DNA from: Coprococcus sp.
Lineage (GTDB): Bacteria; Bacillota; Clostridia; Lachnospirales; Lachnospiraceae
Direction of reading: 5' to 3'
NCBI GenBank assembly: GCA_017935345.1
Contig: JAGBHU010000052.1
Span: 5,250 to 69,249, forward strand
DNA: 64,000 nucleotides
The notes below the pieces were generated by a model. That model saw nothing but the letters and a program-made list of their open reading frames with translations, had not been told where the DNA came from and made no database searches. Position 1 is the first letter of the stretch. Every line of letters starts with the position of its first letter. Shown one piece after another: positions 19,211 to 29,198 of this stretch. Both the position numbers and the translations under genes were made by a program.

Positions 19211-20986
19211 TTGTATTATTCAGATGATATAATTGAAGAGGTTTTATCAAGAAATGACATCGTGGATGTGATAAGCGGTTATACAGGCTTAAAACGAAAA
19301 GGCAGTAATTATGAAGCCTGCTGTCCTTTTCACCATGAAAAAACCCCTTCTTTTAAGGTAAACCGTGAGAAGCAGATGTACCATTGTTTTGGCTGCGGTG
19401 TAGGAGGAAATGTATTTACATTTGTAATGGAATATGAAAATATGTCTTTCCCGGAGGCGGTAGAGTATCTGGCTGACAGGGCGGGTATGACACTGCCGGA
19501 GAAGGAAGAGAGTGCGGCTGACAGGTCACGGGAGCAGTACAAGCTGACTTTGAAAGAGATGAATAAGTCGGCGGCAGCATATTTTCATTATATATTAAAG
19601 CATAGTGAGCATGGGAAACGTGCTTATGATTATTTTAAGAACAGAGGTTTAACCGATGAGACAATAGATAAGTTTGCTCTTGGTTATTCAGATATATATA
19701 AAGACGATTTGTACAAATATTTGCGTAGTAAGGGATATACGGATGTACAGCTGAAGGATTCAGGACTTGTAAATATATCGGAAAAAGAAGGTGGTACAGA
19801 TAAGTTCTGGAACAGGGCAATGATACCAATACTGGATATAAACGGGAAAGTAATAGCGTTTGGCGGACGTGTTTTGGGAGACGGTAAGCCTAAATATATT
19901 AATACAAGTGATACGCCCGTATTTGATAAGAGCCGGAATCTTTTTGCCATGAATATAGCAAGAAGGAGCAGAAGAAAGAGTTTTATATGTTGTGAAGGTT
20001 ACATGGACGTTATTTCCATGCATCAGGCGGGCTTTGATAATGCGGTGGCATCTCTCGGTACGGCGTTTACATTTGGACATGCCAATATCATAAAGCGGTA
20101 TGCAAATGACGTGTATCTGGCATATGACAGTGATGGCGCAGGCGTTTTGGCAACCATGAAGGTAATTGCCATACTCAGGGAAGTTGGCGTAAATGCCAGA
20201 GTTATTAATATGAGACCTTATAAAGATCCGGATGAGCTGATACAGGCACTTGGCAGTGACGGCTTTGAGGAGCGAATCAATCAGGCTGAAAGCGCTATGA
20301 TGTTTGAGGCGAGAATATTATCGGAGCAATATAATCAGAACGATCCGGAGGAAAGGACAAAATTTCAGAATGAAGTGGCGAAGAAGCTGTCCGTTATAGA
20401 GGATGTATTAGAGCGCAACAATTATATTGATGCGGTTTCAAATCTGTATCGAATAGACAGGGATGCGCTGAAAGAGAAGGTTCATGCCTATGGAATCTCA
20501 GGGGTTGCAAAGCCGGAGGTAATAGAACGAGAGGAGCGGAAAACGGAGCAGCAGTCGGCGCTCAGAATGTCAGAAAATAAAACCGCAAAGCTTCTTCTTA
20601 CCTGGCTGGTGAATGAACCGTCTTTGTTTGAACGTATTGACGGAATCATAGATGAAAATGCCTTTGATGAGGGAATATATCGCCTGGTCGCAGGCAAATT
20701 GTTTGAGCAGTATAGAGCGCAGGGAAAGGTGGAGCCTGCGATTATTATCAATCTGTTTGACTCGGTTGAGGAACAGCGGTTAGTAGCACAAATGCTTCAG
20801 GCAGATTTGCGAATCGATATGACTGCCGATGAAATCGATGCAGCCATAACGGATGTCGTTAAAAAATTAAAGCTTGCAAGTATTGAAGCGGAGCTTTTAC
20901 ACACGAATGATATATCGCGAATGCAGCAGTTGATAAGAGAAAAAGCAAATGTTTCAAAGCTGAATATAACGCTGAATAATGGATAA
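19211..20986 (+). CDS. dnaG: DNA primase
   Basis: 591 aa; zinc-binding CPFHHEKTPSFKVN...CFGCG, TOPRIM region EGYMDVIS. Confidence 0.92.
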   Translation: MYYSDDIIEEVLSRNDIVDVISGYTGLKRKGSNYEACCPFHHEKTPSFKVNREKQMYHCFGCGVGGNVFTFVMEYENMSFPEAVEYLADRAGMTLPEKEESAADRSREQYKLTLKEMNKSAAAYFHYILKHSEHGKRAYDYFKNRGLTDETIDKFALGYSDIYKDDLYKYLRSKGYTDVQLKDSGLVNISEKEGGTDKFWNRAMIPILDINGKVIAFGGRVLGDGKPKYINTSDTPVFDKSRNLFAMNIARRSRRKSFICCEGYMDVISMHQAGFDNAVASLGTAFTFGHANIIKRYANDVYLAYDSDGAGVLATMKVIAILREVGVNARVINMRPYKDPDELIQALGSDGFEERINQAESAMMFEARILSEQYNQNDPEERTKFQNEVAKKLSVIEDVLERNNYIDAVSNLYRIDRDALKEKVHAYGISGVAKPEVIEREERKTEQQSALRMSENKTAKLLLTWLVNEPSLFERIDGIIDENAFDEGIYRLVAGKLFEQYRAQGKVEPAIIINLFDSVEEQRLVAQMLQADLRIDMTADEIDAAITDVVKKLKLASIEAELLHTNDISRMQQLIREKANVSKLNITLNNG

Positions 20987-21018
20987 AATATTATATGTTT
21001 ATGGAGGAATAACGAAAA

Positions 21019-22155
21019 ATGGAGTCTAAAGAGAATAAGGATTTAATTGAAGAAAAATTTCAGACAAAGCTTCAGGGACTGCTCGAAATGGCAAAAAAGA
21101 AGAAGATGGTTATCGAAGATACGGAGATCATTAAATTCTTTAATGATGCTAAAGAAATAGAACTTGACTTGGAGAGAATGGAAGCCATATTCGCATTTCT
21201 TGAGAGTCATAATGTCGACATTCTTACGATTACGGATGTAGATGAAGAAGATGACATTATTCTCGATGATGTTGATGATGACATGGAAAAGATTGACGTA
21301 ACAGATATGTCTGTTCCGGAAGGTGTCAGCATAGAAGACCCTGTAAGAATGTATTTGAAGGAAATTGGTAAGGTCCCGCTTCTTTCTGCGGAGGAAGAAA
21401 TAGAACTTGCGAAGAGAATGGAAGAGGGTGATGAGGCCGCAAAGAAGAAGCTGGCAGAGGCAAATCTTCGTCTTGTTGTCAGTATAGCAAAGAGATATGT
21501 TGGCCGTGGTATGTTGTTCCTTGACTTGATTCAGGAAGGAAATCTGGGACTGATAAAAGCAGTTGAGAAATTCGACTATAGAAAAGGATATAAATTCTCC
21601 ACATATGCTACATGGTGGATTCGTCAGGCTATCACAAGGGCAATAGCAGACCAGGCGAGAACCATTCGTATTCCTGTTCATATGGTAGAAACCATTAATA
21701 AGCTTATCAGGGTTTCAAGACAGCTTCTCCAGGAGCTTGGCAGAGAACCGCAGCCTGAGGAAATTGCAGCGGTTATGGATATCCCTGTAGAGCGGGTTCG
21801 TGAGATCCTTAAGATATCGCAGGAACCGGTTTCTCTTGAGACACCGATTGGTGAAGAGGAGGACAGCCATTTGGGAGATTTTATACAGGATGATAATGTT
21901 CCCGTACCGGCTGATGCTGCGGCATTTACACTTCTGAAGGAACAACTGGTAGAAGTGCTGGATACGCTTACGGAAAGAGAGAAAAAGGTGCTGACTTTGC
22001 GATTTGGTCTTGAGGACGGACGCGCCAGAACGCTTGAAGAGGTTGGAAAAGAGTTTAACGTAACAAGAGAGCGAATCAGACAGATAGAAGCAAAGGCTCT
22101 TAGAAAACTGAGACATCCTAGTCGTAGTAGAAAATTGAGAGATTATATATATTAA
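21019..22155 (+). CDS. rpoD: RNA polymerase sigma factor RpoD/SigA
   Basis: 378 aa; region 2 ([16 protein letters not shown]), region 4 ([28 protein letters not shown]). Confidence 0.95.
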   Translation: MESKENKDLIEEKFQTKLQGLLEMAKKKKMVIEDTEIIKFFNDAKEIELDLERMEAIFAFLESHNVDILTITDVDEEDDIILDDVDDDMEKIDVTDMSVPEGVSIEDPVRMYLKEIGKVPLLSAEEEIELAKRMEEGDEAAKKKLAEANLRLVVSIAKRYVGRGMLFLDLIQEGNLGLIKAVEKFDYRKGYKFSTYATWWIRQAITRAIADQARTIRIPVHMVETINKLIRVSRQLLQELGREPQPEEIAAVMDIPVERVREILKISQEPVSLETPIGEEEDSHLGDFIQDDNVPVPADAAAFTLLKEQLVEVLDTLTEREKKVLTLRFGLEDGRARTLEEVGKEFNVTRERIRQIEAKALRKLRHPSRSRKLRDYIY

Positions 22156-22169
22156 GGTTTGAAAGTCTC

Positions 22170-22919
22170 ATGAAAAATATAGATTTATCTATAAGGATGA
22201 AGGCAGTTGCAGATATGACTGTCACAGGGCATACTGTGGCAGATATAGGCTGTGACCATGCCTTCGTTCCTATTTATCTAATAAAAAATAAAATTTCATC
22301 ACATGTCATTGCTTCTGATGTGAGAAGCGGGCCATGTGATATAGCAAGAAGAAACATAGATGCATATGGGCTTTCGGATGTCATTGATTTAAGGCTTGGT
22401 GACGGACTTGATACGATAGAGGAAGGAGAAGCTGATACGATTATTATAGCAGGAATGGGTGGAATGCTGATAAACAGTATTTTGGATAAAGGCTATAAGG
22501 TGGCGGCTTCGGCAAAACAGCTTATTTTACAGCCCCAATCGGATATAGACAAGGTGCGGAATCATATTCTGGACAAAGGCTGGACTATCGTTTCAGAGGA
22601 TATGCTGGTTGACATGGGAAAATACTATACCATTCTCAATATAGCTACGAATCCTGTGGAATTTGATTATAAAGTCCGCAGAGCTGATGAGAATTTGACA
22701 GACCTAAAAAAGGCATATCTTAAATATGGAAGATATCTGATAGAACATGGAAATCCTGTACTGAAGGAATATCTTTTAGGGAAAAGGGCGGCAAATCAAA
22801 AATTGATATTGAGTTTACATCATTCTGATTCGGAAAAGTCACGGCTCAGATATGAAGAACTTTTGTCAGAACAGAAAGTGATAGATGCAGCTCTGGAACT
22901 GATAACAAGTCATACATGA
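22170..22919 (+). CDS. trmK: tRNA (adenine22-N1)-methyltransferase TrmK family
   Basis: 249 aa; class I SAM MTase motifs (VADIGCDHA, IIAGMGG); conserved position after rpoD. Confidence 0.8.
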   Translation: MKNIDLSIRMKAVADMTVTGHTVADIGCDHAFVPIYLIKNKISSHVIASDVRSGPCDIARRNIDAYGLSDVIDLRLGDGLDTIEEGEADTIIIAGMGGMLINSILDKGYKVAASAKQLILQPQSDIDKVRNHILDKGWTIVSEDMLVDMGKYYTILNIATNPVEFDYKVRRADENLTDLKKAYLKYGRYLIEHGNPVLKEYLLGKRAANQKLILSLHHSDSEKSRLRYEELLSEQKVIDAALELITSHT

Positions 22920-22989
22920 AAACGATTTATAATATACTACTTGTGATGTGGATATATGTAGCACAGACTACAAAAAGGGAGTGTTTAAT

Positions 22990-23991
22990 ATGGATAATAA
23001 TATCCCAAAAAGCAGTGTGGTATCACTTAAAGAAACTGCAAAGGAATGGGCAAAAAAAGTGAATATTGACAGTGTTGAGAAGCTGAACAAAATGATTTTG
23101 TCCGGCAAAGCACTGGAGCTGATATTGATATGTGAAGCGATGCAGCAAAATGCCATATATGAAATTGCAAGAAATATTGTTAAAAATAATAAGCGTATTG
23201 TTTTAATTGCAGGACCAAGCTCGGCAGGAAAAACGACTTTTTCCCATAGGCTTAGTATACAGCTTCGTGCTATGGGGATGATTCCGCATGCGATAGCGGC
23301 AGACAATTATTTTGTAAACCGTGAAGATAACCCGAAAGACGAAAATGGAAATTATGATTTTGAATGTCTGGGTGCCATGGATTTAAAGCTGTTGAACAAT
23401 GATGTGACGGGATTGCTTGAGGGCAATCGGGTGGAATTGCCCGAATTCAATTTCAAAACAGGCAGGAGAGAATATCATGGTAATTATCTTCAGATTGGAG
23501 AGATGGATGTTCTTATAATGGAAGGGATACATTCTCTCAATCCCGAGATGACATATAGGCTGAATGAAAATGATAAGTATAAGATATACATAAGTCCTCT
23601 TAACCAGTTATATATCGATGATGAAACGAAAGTTTCAACTTTAGACAGCAGATTATTGAGACGTATGGTTCGGGATAACAGAGCCAGAGGAAATGATGTT
23701 GAGAAAACACTTTCTATGTGGAACTCCGTACGAAGCGGAGAAGAGAAATATATATTTCCGTATGAATCGGAGGCAGACGCAATGTTTAATTCGGGGCTTC
23801 TCTATGAATATGCAGCCATAAAGCCGTATGCACTTCCTCTTTTGGAGAGCATTTCTGCTTTAGCTGAATATGAAGCGGATGTGCTTCGGCTTAAAACCTT
23901 TTTAAACAGATTTGAAGAACTTGATACAGAATATATACCGCTCAATTCTATATTGCGGGAGTTTATAGGCGGTGGCTGCTTCAAGGTATAA
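22990..23991 (+). CDS. uridine kinase/phosphoribulokinase-family P-loop kinase with N-terminal extension
   Basis: ORF 22948-23991; start at MDNNIPK (22990; AAAGGGAG RBS); Walker A GPSSAGKTT; kinase fold. Confidence 0.65.
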   Translation: MDNNIPKSSVVSLKETAKEWAKKVNIDSVEKLNKMILSGKALELILICEAMQQNAIYEIARNIVKNNKRIVLIAGPSSAGKTTFSHRLSIQLRAMGMIPHAIAADNYFVNREDNPKDENGNYDFECLGAMDLKLLNNDVTGLLEGNRVELPEFNFKTGRREYHGNYLQIGEMDVLIMEGIHSLNPEMTYRLNENDKYKIYISPLNQLYIDDETKVSTLDSRLLRRMVRDNRARGNDVEKTLSMWNSVRSGEEKYIFPYESEADAMFNSGLLYEYAAIKPYALPLLESISALAEYEADVLRLKTFLNRFEELDTEYIPLNSILREFIGGGCFKV

Positions 23992-24045
23992 TAGAACCCT
24001 TTATCGGGTTGGGGCAGGAGATATTGGACATCTGCTGATTTCAAA

Positions 24046-24094
24046 AAAAGAACGCATAGTGAACAGTATAAGGTTCATGATGCGTTCTTTTTTG
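24046..24094. terminator. bidirectional terminator between kinase gene and rnpB 3' end
   Basis: aagaacgcat...atgcgttctt stem flanked by A-run and T-run. Confidence 0.55.
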
Positions 24095-24443
24095 TAAGTC
24101 GGACTATAAGCCGGGTTATGTCGAGAGTAATCATCTATCTAGTCTTTATGTTACCATAAAGCTCAAGCGACCTACCTGAGATGCAGCGGGCCACTGTGTC
24201 ATCTCCATAACCGAAGGGTTATTCTTTGGTCTTGCTTCGAGTGGGGTTTACAGAGCCTGCTTTGTTACCAAAACAGCGGTGAGCTCTTACCTCGCCTTTC
24301 CACCCTTACCATATAAAATATGGCGGTATATTTCTGTTGCACTTTCCTTAGAGTCACCTCCACCGGACGTTATCCGGCACCCTGCCCTATGAAGCCCGGA
24401 CTTTCCTCATCTGCTGATTTTGGCAGCTGCGATTACTCATCCG
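24095..24443 (-). ncRNA. rnpB: RNase P RNA (type A, bacterial)
   Basis: minus-strand reading gives GAGGAAAGUCCGGGCUUCAUAGGGCAGGGUGCCGG...AGUGCAACAGAAA...GGUAAGAGC.CACCGC...GGUAAACCCCAC...UAGAUAGAUGAUU...ACAUAACCCGGCUUAU, collinear with the E. coli M1 RNA universal regions; P1 stem GUAAGUCGGA/UCCGACUUAC. Confidence 0.9.
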
Positions 24444-24564
24444 ACTTACATATAGATTTATAACAAATTAATTTACATTTGTAAAGTTAATGTTTTTTAA
24501 TGGTTATTAATGAATTTTAATGTTTGTAGTTTTGAAAACTACTTAATATGGTTTATAAAAATGG

Positions 24565-24593
24565 TTGATGTATTTTTTCTCGCATGTTATAAT
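24565..24593 (+). promoter_or_regulatory. sigma-A promoter TTGATG-17-TATAAT
   Basis: ttgatgtattttttctcgcatgttataat about 75 nt upstream of the 24668 start. Confidence 0.45.
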
Positions 24594-24667
24594 ACATAAA
24601 AAATGTGACAAAAATAATAATAACGAACAATAATAAAATATATAAAAATGAAATGGGGAGAAAAGAT

Positions 24668-25381
24668 ATGGGTGACGTATTTCTTACAAATAAAGACTAC
24701 ATAAGGATAAAGAATATGAACATTGTCAGCTATGGCGGTAATCAGGCATGGTGTAAATCAAAGAGAATGCAAAAAGCAGGCTGTGGCGTAATTGCACTTG
24801 CAGATATCAGTATTTATCTCGCAGAGCAAAATCCGAATATGATGACAGAGGCTATCAGGCGGATTAATAAACCAAATGGTCTTTATAATAAAAATGATTA
24901 TTTGGAATATGTGAAATTCTTTTATAGTCATTTTGTGATATTTCTTTTCATGAAAGGCATGACGGGATTTGGCATGAAGTTTGCCATGAACAGATATTTT
25001 CTGCTCAACGATATAGGGCTTAAGGCAAAATGGAAGATATTTCTGTCGGATGAGGCTATGCTAAAGGATATTAAACATTTGATTCGGAAGAACAAACCGG
25101 TTGTCCTGTCTATCGGACCGAATATACCGAAGGTTTGGGAGAAAGAGGGAATTCCTTTTTATGTGAATAAGGATGGAATCCTGAGAGAATCCTTAAAACA
25201 TCGTGTGAAATCGCATTTTGTTGTCGTAACGGGTGTTACAGAGATACACGGACAGGAATATTTACTTGTATCTTCTTGGGGAAAGCAGTATTATATAAAC
25301 TATGAGGAGTATCGGGAATATGTAAATAAGCATGGTGGAAAAATCACCAGCAGTATTTTATATATTAAGGGACTTATATAA
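24668..25381 (+). CDS. papain-like cysteine peptidase/transferase, C39-like (Peptidase_C39_2 / BtrH_N-like)
   Basis: ORF 24605-25381; start at MGDVFL (24668) after GGGGAGAAAAG RBS; putative catalytic Cys in AGCGVIALADISIYL and His in KSHFVVVTGV, the order and spacing of C39-type enzymes; no signal peptide or ABC fusion. Confidence 0.5.
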   Translation: MGDVFLTNKDYIRIKNMNIVSYGGNQAWCKSKRMQKAGCGVIALADISIYLAEQNPNMMTEAIRRINKPNGLYNKNDYLEYVKFFYSHFVIFLFMKGMTGFGMKFAMNRYFLLNDIGLKAKWKIFLSDEAMLKDIKHLIRKNKPVVLSIGPNIPKVWEKEGIPFYVNKDGILRESLKHRVKSHFVVVTGVTEIHGQEYLLVSSWGKQYYINYEEYREYVNKHGGKITSSILYIKGLI

Positions 25382-25420
25382 ACCATAGGGATAAAGCTTG
25401 GATTGTAAGGAGGATTCGGT

Positions 25421-25963
25421 ATGGAGGCAAAAACGTGTATTAAGACAAGAAGAAGTGTGCGTAAATATACAGATGAATTGGTTTCCAAGGAGACAGTCAG
25501 GGAGATTGTTGAACTGGCATCCTATTCACCATCGTGGAAGAATACACAGGTAATCAGATATATTCTTGTAGAGAATGAGAAGCTGATTGCACAAATTGCG
25601 GATGAGGGACTGATGAATTTTCCGCTGAATGTAAAAACCGTCAGCAGAGCAAAGCAGCTCATGATTATTACGAAGAAGGATGGTATTAGCGGTTATGAGA
25701 AGGATGGCTCCTTCAGTACCAGTAAAGAAGAAAATTGGGAGATGTTTGATGCGGGTATAGCCACACAGACCTTTTGCCTGGCAGCCTGGGAGAAGGGCGT
25801 GGGAACCGTGATACTTGGTGTATTTGATGATAAAAAAGTTGGCGAGATTGTTGGAATCCCTGAAGGACAAACCGTGGCGGCAATCGTCGTGTTGGGATAT
25901 CCTGCATTTGCCCCTGATATGCCACCCCGAAAGAGCGTAGAAGATTTATTGACATTTAAGTAG
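25421..25963 (+). CDS. nitroreductase family protein (FMN-dependent)
   Basis: 180 aa; N-terminal TRRSVRKYTDE motif, C-terminal GIATQTFCLAAWEKGVGT. Confidence 0.85.
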   Translation: MEAKTCIKTRRSVRKYTDELVSKETVREIVELASYSPSWKNTQVIRYILVENEKLIAQIADEGLMNFPLNVKTVSRAKQLMIITKKDGISGYEKDGSFSTSKEENWEMFDAGIATQTFCLAAWEKGVGTVILGVFDDKKVGEIVGIPEGQTVAAIVVLGYPAFAPDMPPRKSVEDLLTFK

Positions 25964-25968
25964 AATTT

Positions 25969-26010
25969 GTACTGCACTTTAGTATAATTACTGAAGTGCA
26001 GTTTTTTTGA
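25969..26010 (+). terminator. hairpin plus T7 run after nitroreductase (terminator or attenuator)
   Basis: actgcactt...aagtgcagt ttttttt; lies 13 nt upstream of the next gene's RBS. Confidence 0.5.
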
Positions 26011-26022
26011 GGTGTATATAAT

Positions 26023-28455
26023 ATGGCAGCGTTTATGGGAACAAAGGCAGATACCCTTCAATATCTGAGTGAACGGGTGGTCTGCTCCAGAATTGAAAAA
26101 ATGTATATAGTGGATGTTGCAAAATACATGCAGGATAAGTCAGGAGTTGCAGATACGATATGTACCATATTTGAGAAACAGCCTGTGGTGGTCAGAAGCT
26201 CGTCTTCAAATGAAGACGGCAGCATGAGCTCCAATGCAGGTCATTATGAAAGTATACTTGATGTTGATTCGGGAGAAAGAGCCGACGTGATTGCCGCGAT
26301 AGAAACGGTGCTTGCTTCCTATCAAACCGATATAGAAGATATAACAGGGGAACAGGTGCTTGTACAGAGACAGATGAAGGATGTCAGCTATAGCGGAGTG
26401 ATATTTTCCAGAGAGTTGAAATATAACAGACCGTATTATACAGTAACCTATGACTGTTCCTCCACGGATGCCGTAACCTCCGGAAGGGGAGGAAGAACCA
26501 TCTATATAGCAAGAAATGCGGATACGGAGCATTTGCCGGCTTGTTGGTGTAATCTTGTAAAGTCTGTGAAGGAACTTGAGCAGATATACGATGATATGCC
26601 GCTTGATATAGAATTTGCCATTGATGAAAAAAATAATATAACCGTTTTTCAGGTCAGACCGTTAGCGGCATGTATAGGAAGGATAAAAAACGGCATATCC
26701 GATAAGAAGATGGCAGCAAATGAAAATAAGAATATATCCGATGAGGAGATATTTGCAGCGATGGAAAATGCAGAGAGGACTTATACGGCATTATGCGGGC
26801 TGCTTGAAGACCGGAATACGATTCTGTCAGATATGGCATTCTGGAATCCGGCAGAGATGATTGGCGAAAATCCACATCCGCTTGATTATTCATTGTATCG
26901 GGATATCATTACAGAATCGGCATGGAATCAGGGACTTGCTTCGATAGGCTATAAGATAGTCGATGGGGATTTGATGTATAGGCTCGGTAATAAACCCTAT
27001 ATTTCATTAAAGAAATCTTTTCTGTGCCTGATGCCGGAGGAGATTGACGGGCGGCTGACGGAGAAGCTTCTGGATTATTATAATAAAAAGCTGCTATCGG
27101 ATATAACCGCTCATGATAAGATAGAATTTGAAATCGTATTTTCCAATTATGACCTTTTGACAAATGACAGACTGAATGAGCTTGCGGCTTACGGATTTAC
27201 GCGGGATGAGATAGCGGATATAAAAGGGGTGCTGTTTCATTTGACAAATCATATCGTTCGCAATTTCAAAAGCATCAGAGCGCGGGATATACAGGCTTTA
27301 AACGGATTAAAGGTGCACAGGGAGAATATAAGAAATAACTGGCGTATGGCAAACAATGATGTCAATACGCTGCTGCAGTATGTAATAGAGTTATTGGAAA
27401 GCATTAAGCATTACGGCACTCCGAAGTTTGCAAGGCAGGCCCGTCTGGCATTCATTTCCAAGGCATTTTGCCGTTCATTTGTGGCAGGAGGATATCTGAC
27501 GGATAAAGAAGCAGATGACTTTATGATGTCTATTTATACGGTTGCGTCTGAATATGATGCTGATTTTCAGGACTTACTTGAGCATAAAATAGCAAGAGCG
27601 GATTTTGATGAGAAGTATGGACATCTGCGTTCCGGCACATATGATATAACATGTGATACATATGCAGGTATGCACTTCGATGCTTCAAAGGGGAGCGAAA
27701 ACGCAAAGAAGCAGAGACAGACGATAGAGAATTTGAAAAAGAACCCACTGGATGCAAAAAGACTGGAAAAGGCACTTGCGGAAATGGGGTTGGGAACAGA
27801 TGCGGAGGAATTTATAGATTTCCTGAAGTCCGCCGTTGAAGAAAGAGAATATTTTAAGTTTGAATTTACGAAAACATTAAGTCTTGCGATTGATATATTG
27901 AAGGATGCAGGAAAAATGCTGGGCATCGATAAGCATGAGCTGGCATATCTGGATATCGATGATATCAGGATGTGTGCAAATAAAAATCCTGAAGCCATAA
28001 AAAAATTATGGTATACTGTAATAGCTGAGAATAAACGACAGTATCAAATAAACGCAATGCTGATTCTGCCGGATGTAGTATATGATAAATTGCATATGAG
28101 CTATGTGGAGATGTGGGAGGCAAGACCGAATTTTATAACGTCGGAATGTATTTCCGGAGAAGTCATAGCCTTGGAGCAATACGACAGAGATGATGAGTCA
28201 GTGACCAAAGCAGTACGTGATAAGATTGTTGTTCTTACAAAGGCGGACCCCGGATATGATTGGATATTTGCACATGGCATACGGGGGTTTGTTACCAAGT
28301 ATGGCGGCGTGGCATCGCATATGGCGATACGGTGCGCCGAGTTTAATATACCTGCGGCTATCGGCTGCGGTGACGTAATCTATCATGAGGCCGTAATGAT
28401 GAAACGCATGATACTTGATTGCAGAAATGGAAGAATTATAAAGGAGGAATCGTGA
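26023..28455 (+). CDS. PEP-utilising enzyme family phosphotransferase (PPDK_N ATP-grasp domain + central domain + C-terminal phosphohistidine swivel domain); rifampin-phosphotransferase/PEP-synthase-like architecture
   Basis: 810 aa; N-terminal VVRSSSSNEDGSMSSNAGHYES (PPDK_N nucleotide-binding signature); C-terminal GGVASHMAIRCAEFNIPAAIGCG (PEP-utilisers mobile-domain His motif). Confidence 0.8.
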   Translation: MAAFMGTKADTLQYLSERVVCSRIEKMYIVDVAKYMQDKSGVADTICTIFEKQPVVVRSSSSNEDGSMSSNAGHYESILDVDSGERADVIAAIETVLASYQTDIEDITGEQVLVQRQMKDVSYSGVIFSRELKYNRPYYTVTYDCSSTDAVTSGRGGRTIYIARNADTEHLPACWCNLVKSVKELEQIYDDMPLDIEFAIDEKNNITVFQVRPLAACIGRIKNGISDKKMAANENKNISDEEIFAAMENAERTYTALCGLLEDRNTILSDMAFWNPAEMIGENPHPLDYSLYRDIITESAWNQGLASIGYKIVDGDLMYRLGNKPYISLKKSFLCLMPEEIDGRLTEKLLDYYNKKLLSDITAHDKIEFEIVFSNYDLLTNDRLNELAAYGFTRDEIADIKGVLFHLTNHIVRNFKSIRARDIQALNGLKVHRENIRNNWRMANNDVNTLLQYVIELLESIKHYGTPKFARQARLAFISKAFCRSFVAGGYLTDKEADDFMMSIYTVASEYDADFQDLLEHKIARADFDEKYGHLRSGTYDITCDTYAGMHFDASKGSENAKKQRQTIENLKKNPLDAKRLEKALAEMGLGTDAEEFIDFLKSAVEEREYFKFEFTKTLSLAIDILKDAGKMLGIDKHELAYLDIDDIRMCANKNPEAIKKLWYTVIAENKRQYQINAMLILPDVVYDKLHMSYVEMWEARPNFITSECISGEVIALEQYDRDDESVTKAVRDKIVVLTKADPGYDWIFAHGIRGFVTKYGGVASHMAIRCAEFNIPAAIGCGDVIYHEAVMMKRMILDCRNGRIIKEES

Positions 28456-29138
28456 TGCTCCATGCACTGATAACACAGCGTGAAGGACAGAATATGTACG
28501 GGAAGACAACGGATGTACTGGAAGCTGCCTATACGGAGTTCTATGAAAGTATGGGCATATGTCTTCATCCTGTATCCAATTTTACCCGGAATTTTGAAGG
28601 CTTGTTTGAGAGCCATTACGATGTGCTTATTGTAACCGGTGGCGGCACCCTTCATCCCAGACATTATGTAGAGCCGCATAAAGCAGAGCTTCAGCCACAC
28701 AGAGATGCCATGGAGGAGCGTCTTATTATGTATTGTGTGGAAAACGGCATCCCGATTATCGGTGTGTGCAGAGGCATGCAGCATTTAAACGCTTTGTTTG
28801 GTGGTAAGATATCCTATTCGGCACCTTTTAAGGTGGCAAGACCAAGAGGTGTAGACCACATGGTTAGGATCGTGAATACGGATAGATATGTAAAAATAAA
28901 TAATTTCCATAGTGACTGCATATATCCCGAGAATTTATCAACCATGTTTTATCCGATGGCAGTTGATGAAGAAAATGAAACAATCGAAGCATTTATATCA
29001 CCGACCTTAAGCGTCCTTGCTTTCCAATGGCATCCTGAGCGATATTTTGAAAGTGAAGAGGGCAGACTGTTTACGCGTCATCTGATACAGGATTTTCTGG
29101 GAATACCGAGGGATAATAAAAGGTCTGATACAGATTGA
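28455..29138 (+). CDS. class I glutamine amidotransferase-like / peptidase C26 (gamma-glutamyl hydrolase, PuuD-like) protein
   Basis: ORF 28419-29138; start at MLHALITQ (ATG overlapping upstream TGA as TGATG); GVCRGMQ nucleophile motif and QWHPE His motif. Confidence 0.75.
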   Translation: MLHALITQREGQNMYGKTTDVLEAAYTEFYESMGICLHPVSNFTRNFEGLFESHYDVLIVTGGGTLHPRHYVEPHKAELQPHRDAMEERLIMYCVENGIPIIGVCRGMQHLNALFGGKISYSAPFKVARPRGVDHMVRIVNTDRYVKINNFHSDCIYPENLSTMFYPMAVDEENETIEAFISPTLSVLAFQWHPERYFESEEGRLFTRHLIQDFLGIPRDNKRSDTD

Positions 29139-29198
29139 AATCCGCAGTATGGGATATATTAAAATCATATTATTCAAATTGTGAGGTAATGAGTTGTT

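Noticed and set aside
21043-21681. 212 aa antisense ORF inside rpoD
   Set aside because: rpoD is unambiguous. The antisense frame is an AT-rich artefact.
22948-22989. upstream ATG extension of the kinase ORF (MDICSTDYKKGVFN)
   Set aside because: There is no RBS upstream, whereas AAAGGGAG precedes ATG 22990.
26023-28455. calling the 810 aa PEP-utilising protein ppsA (PEP synthase)
   Set aside because: It is too short to include the C-terminal PEP/pyruvate-binding TIM-barrel domain of PpsA, and the His swivel domain is C-terminal as in RPH-type phosphotransferases. The generic family call is kept.
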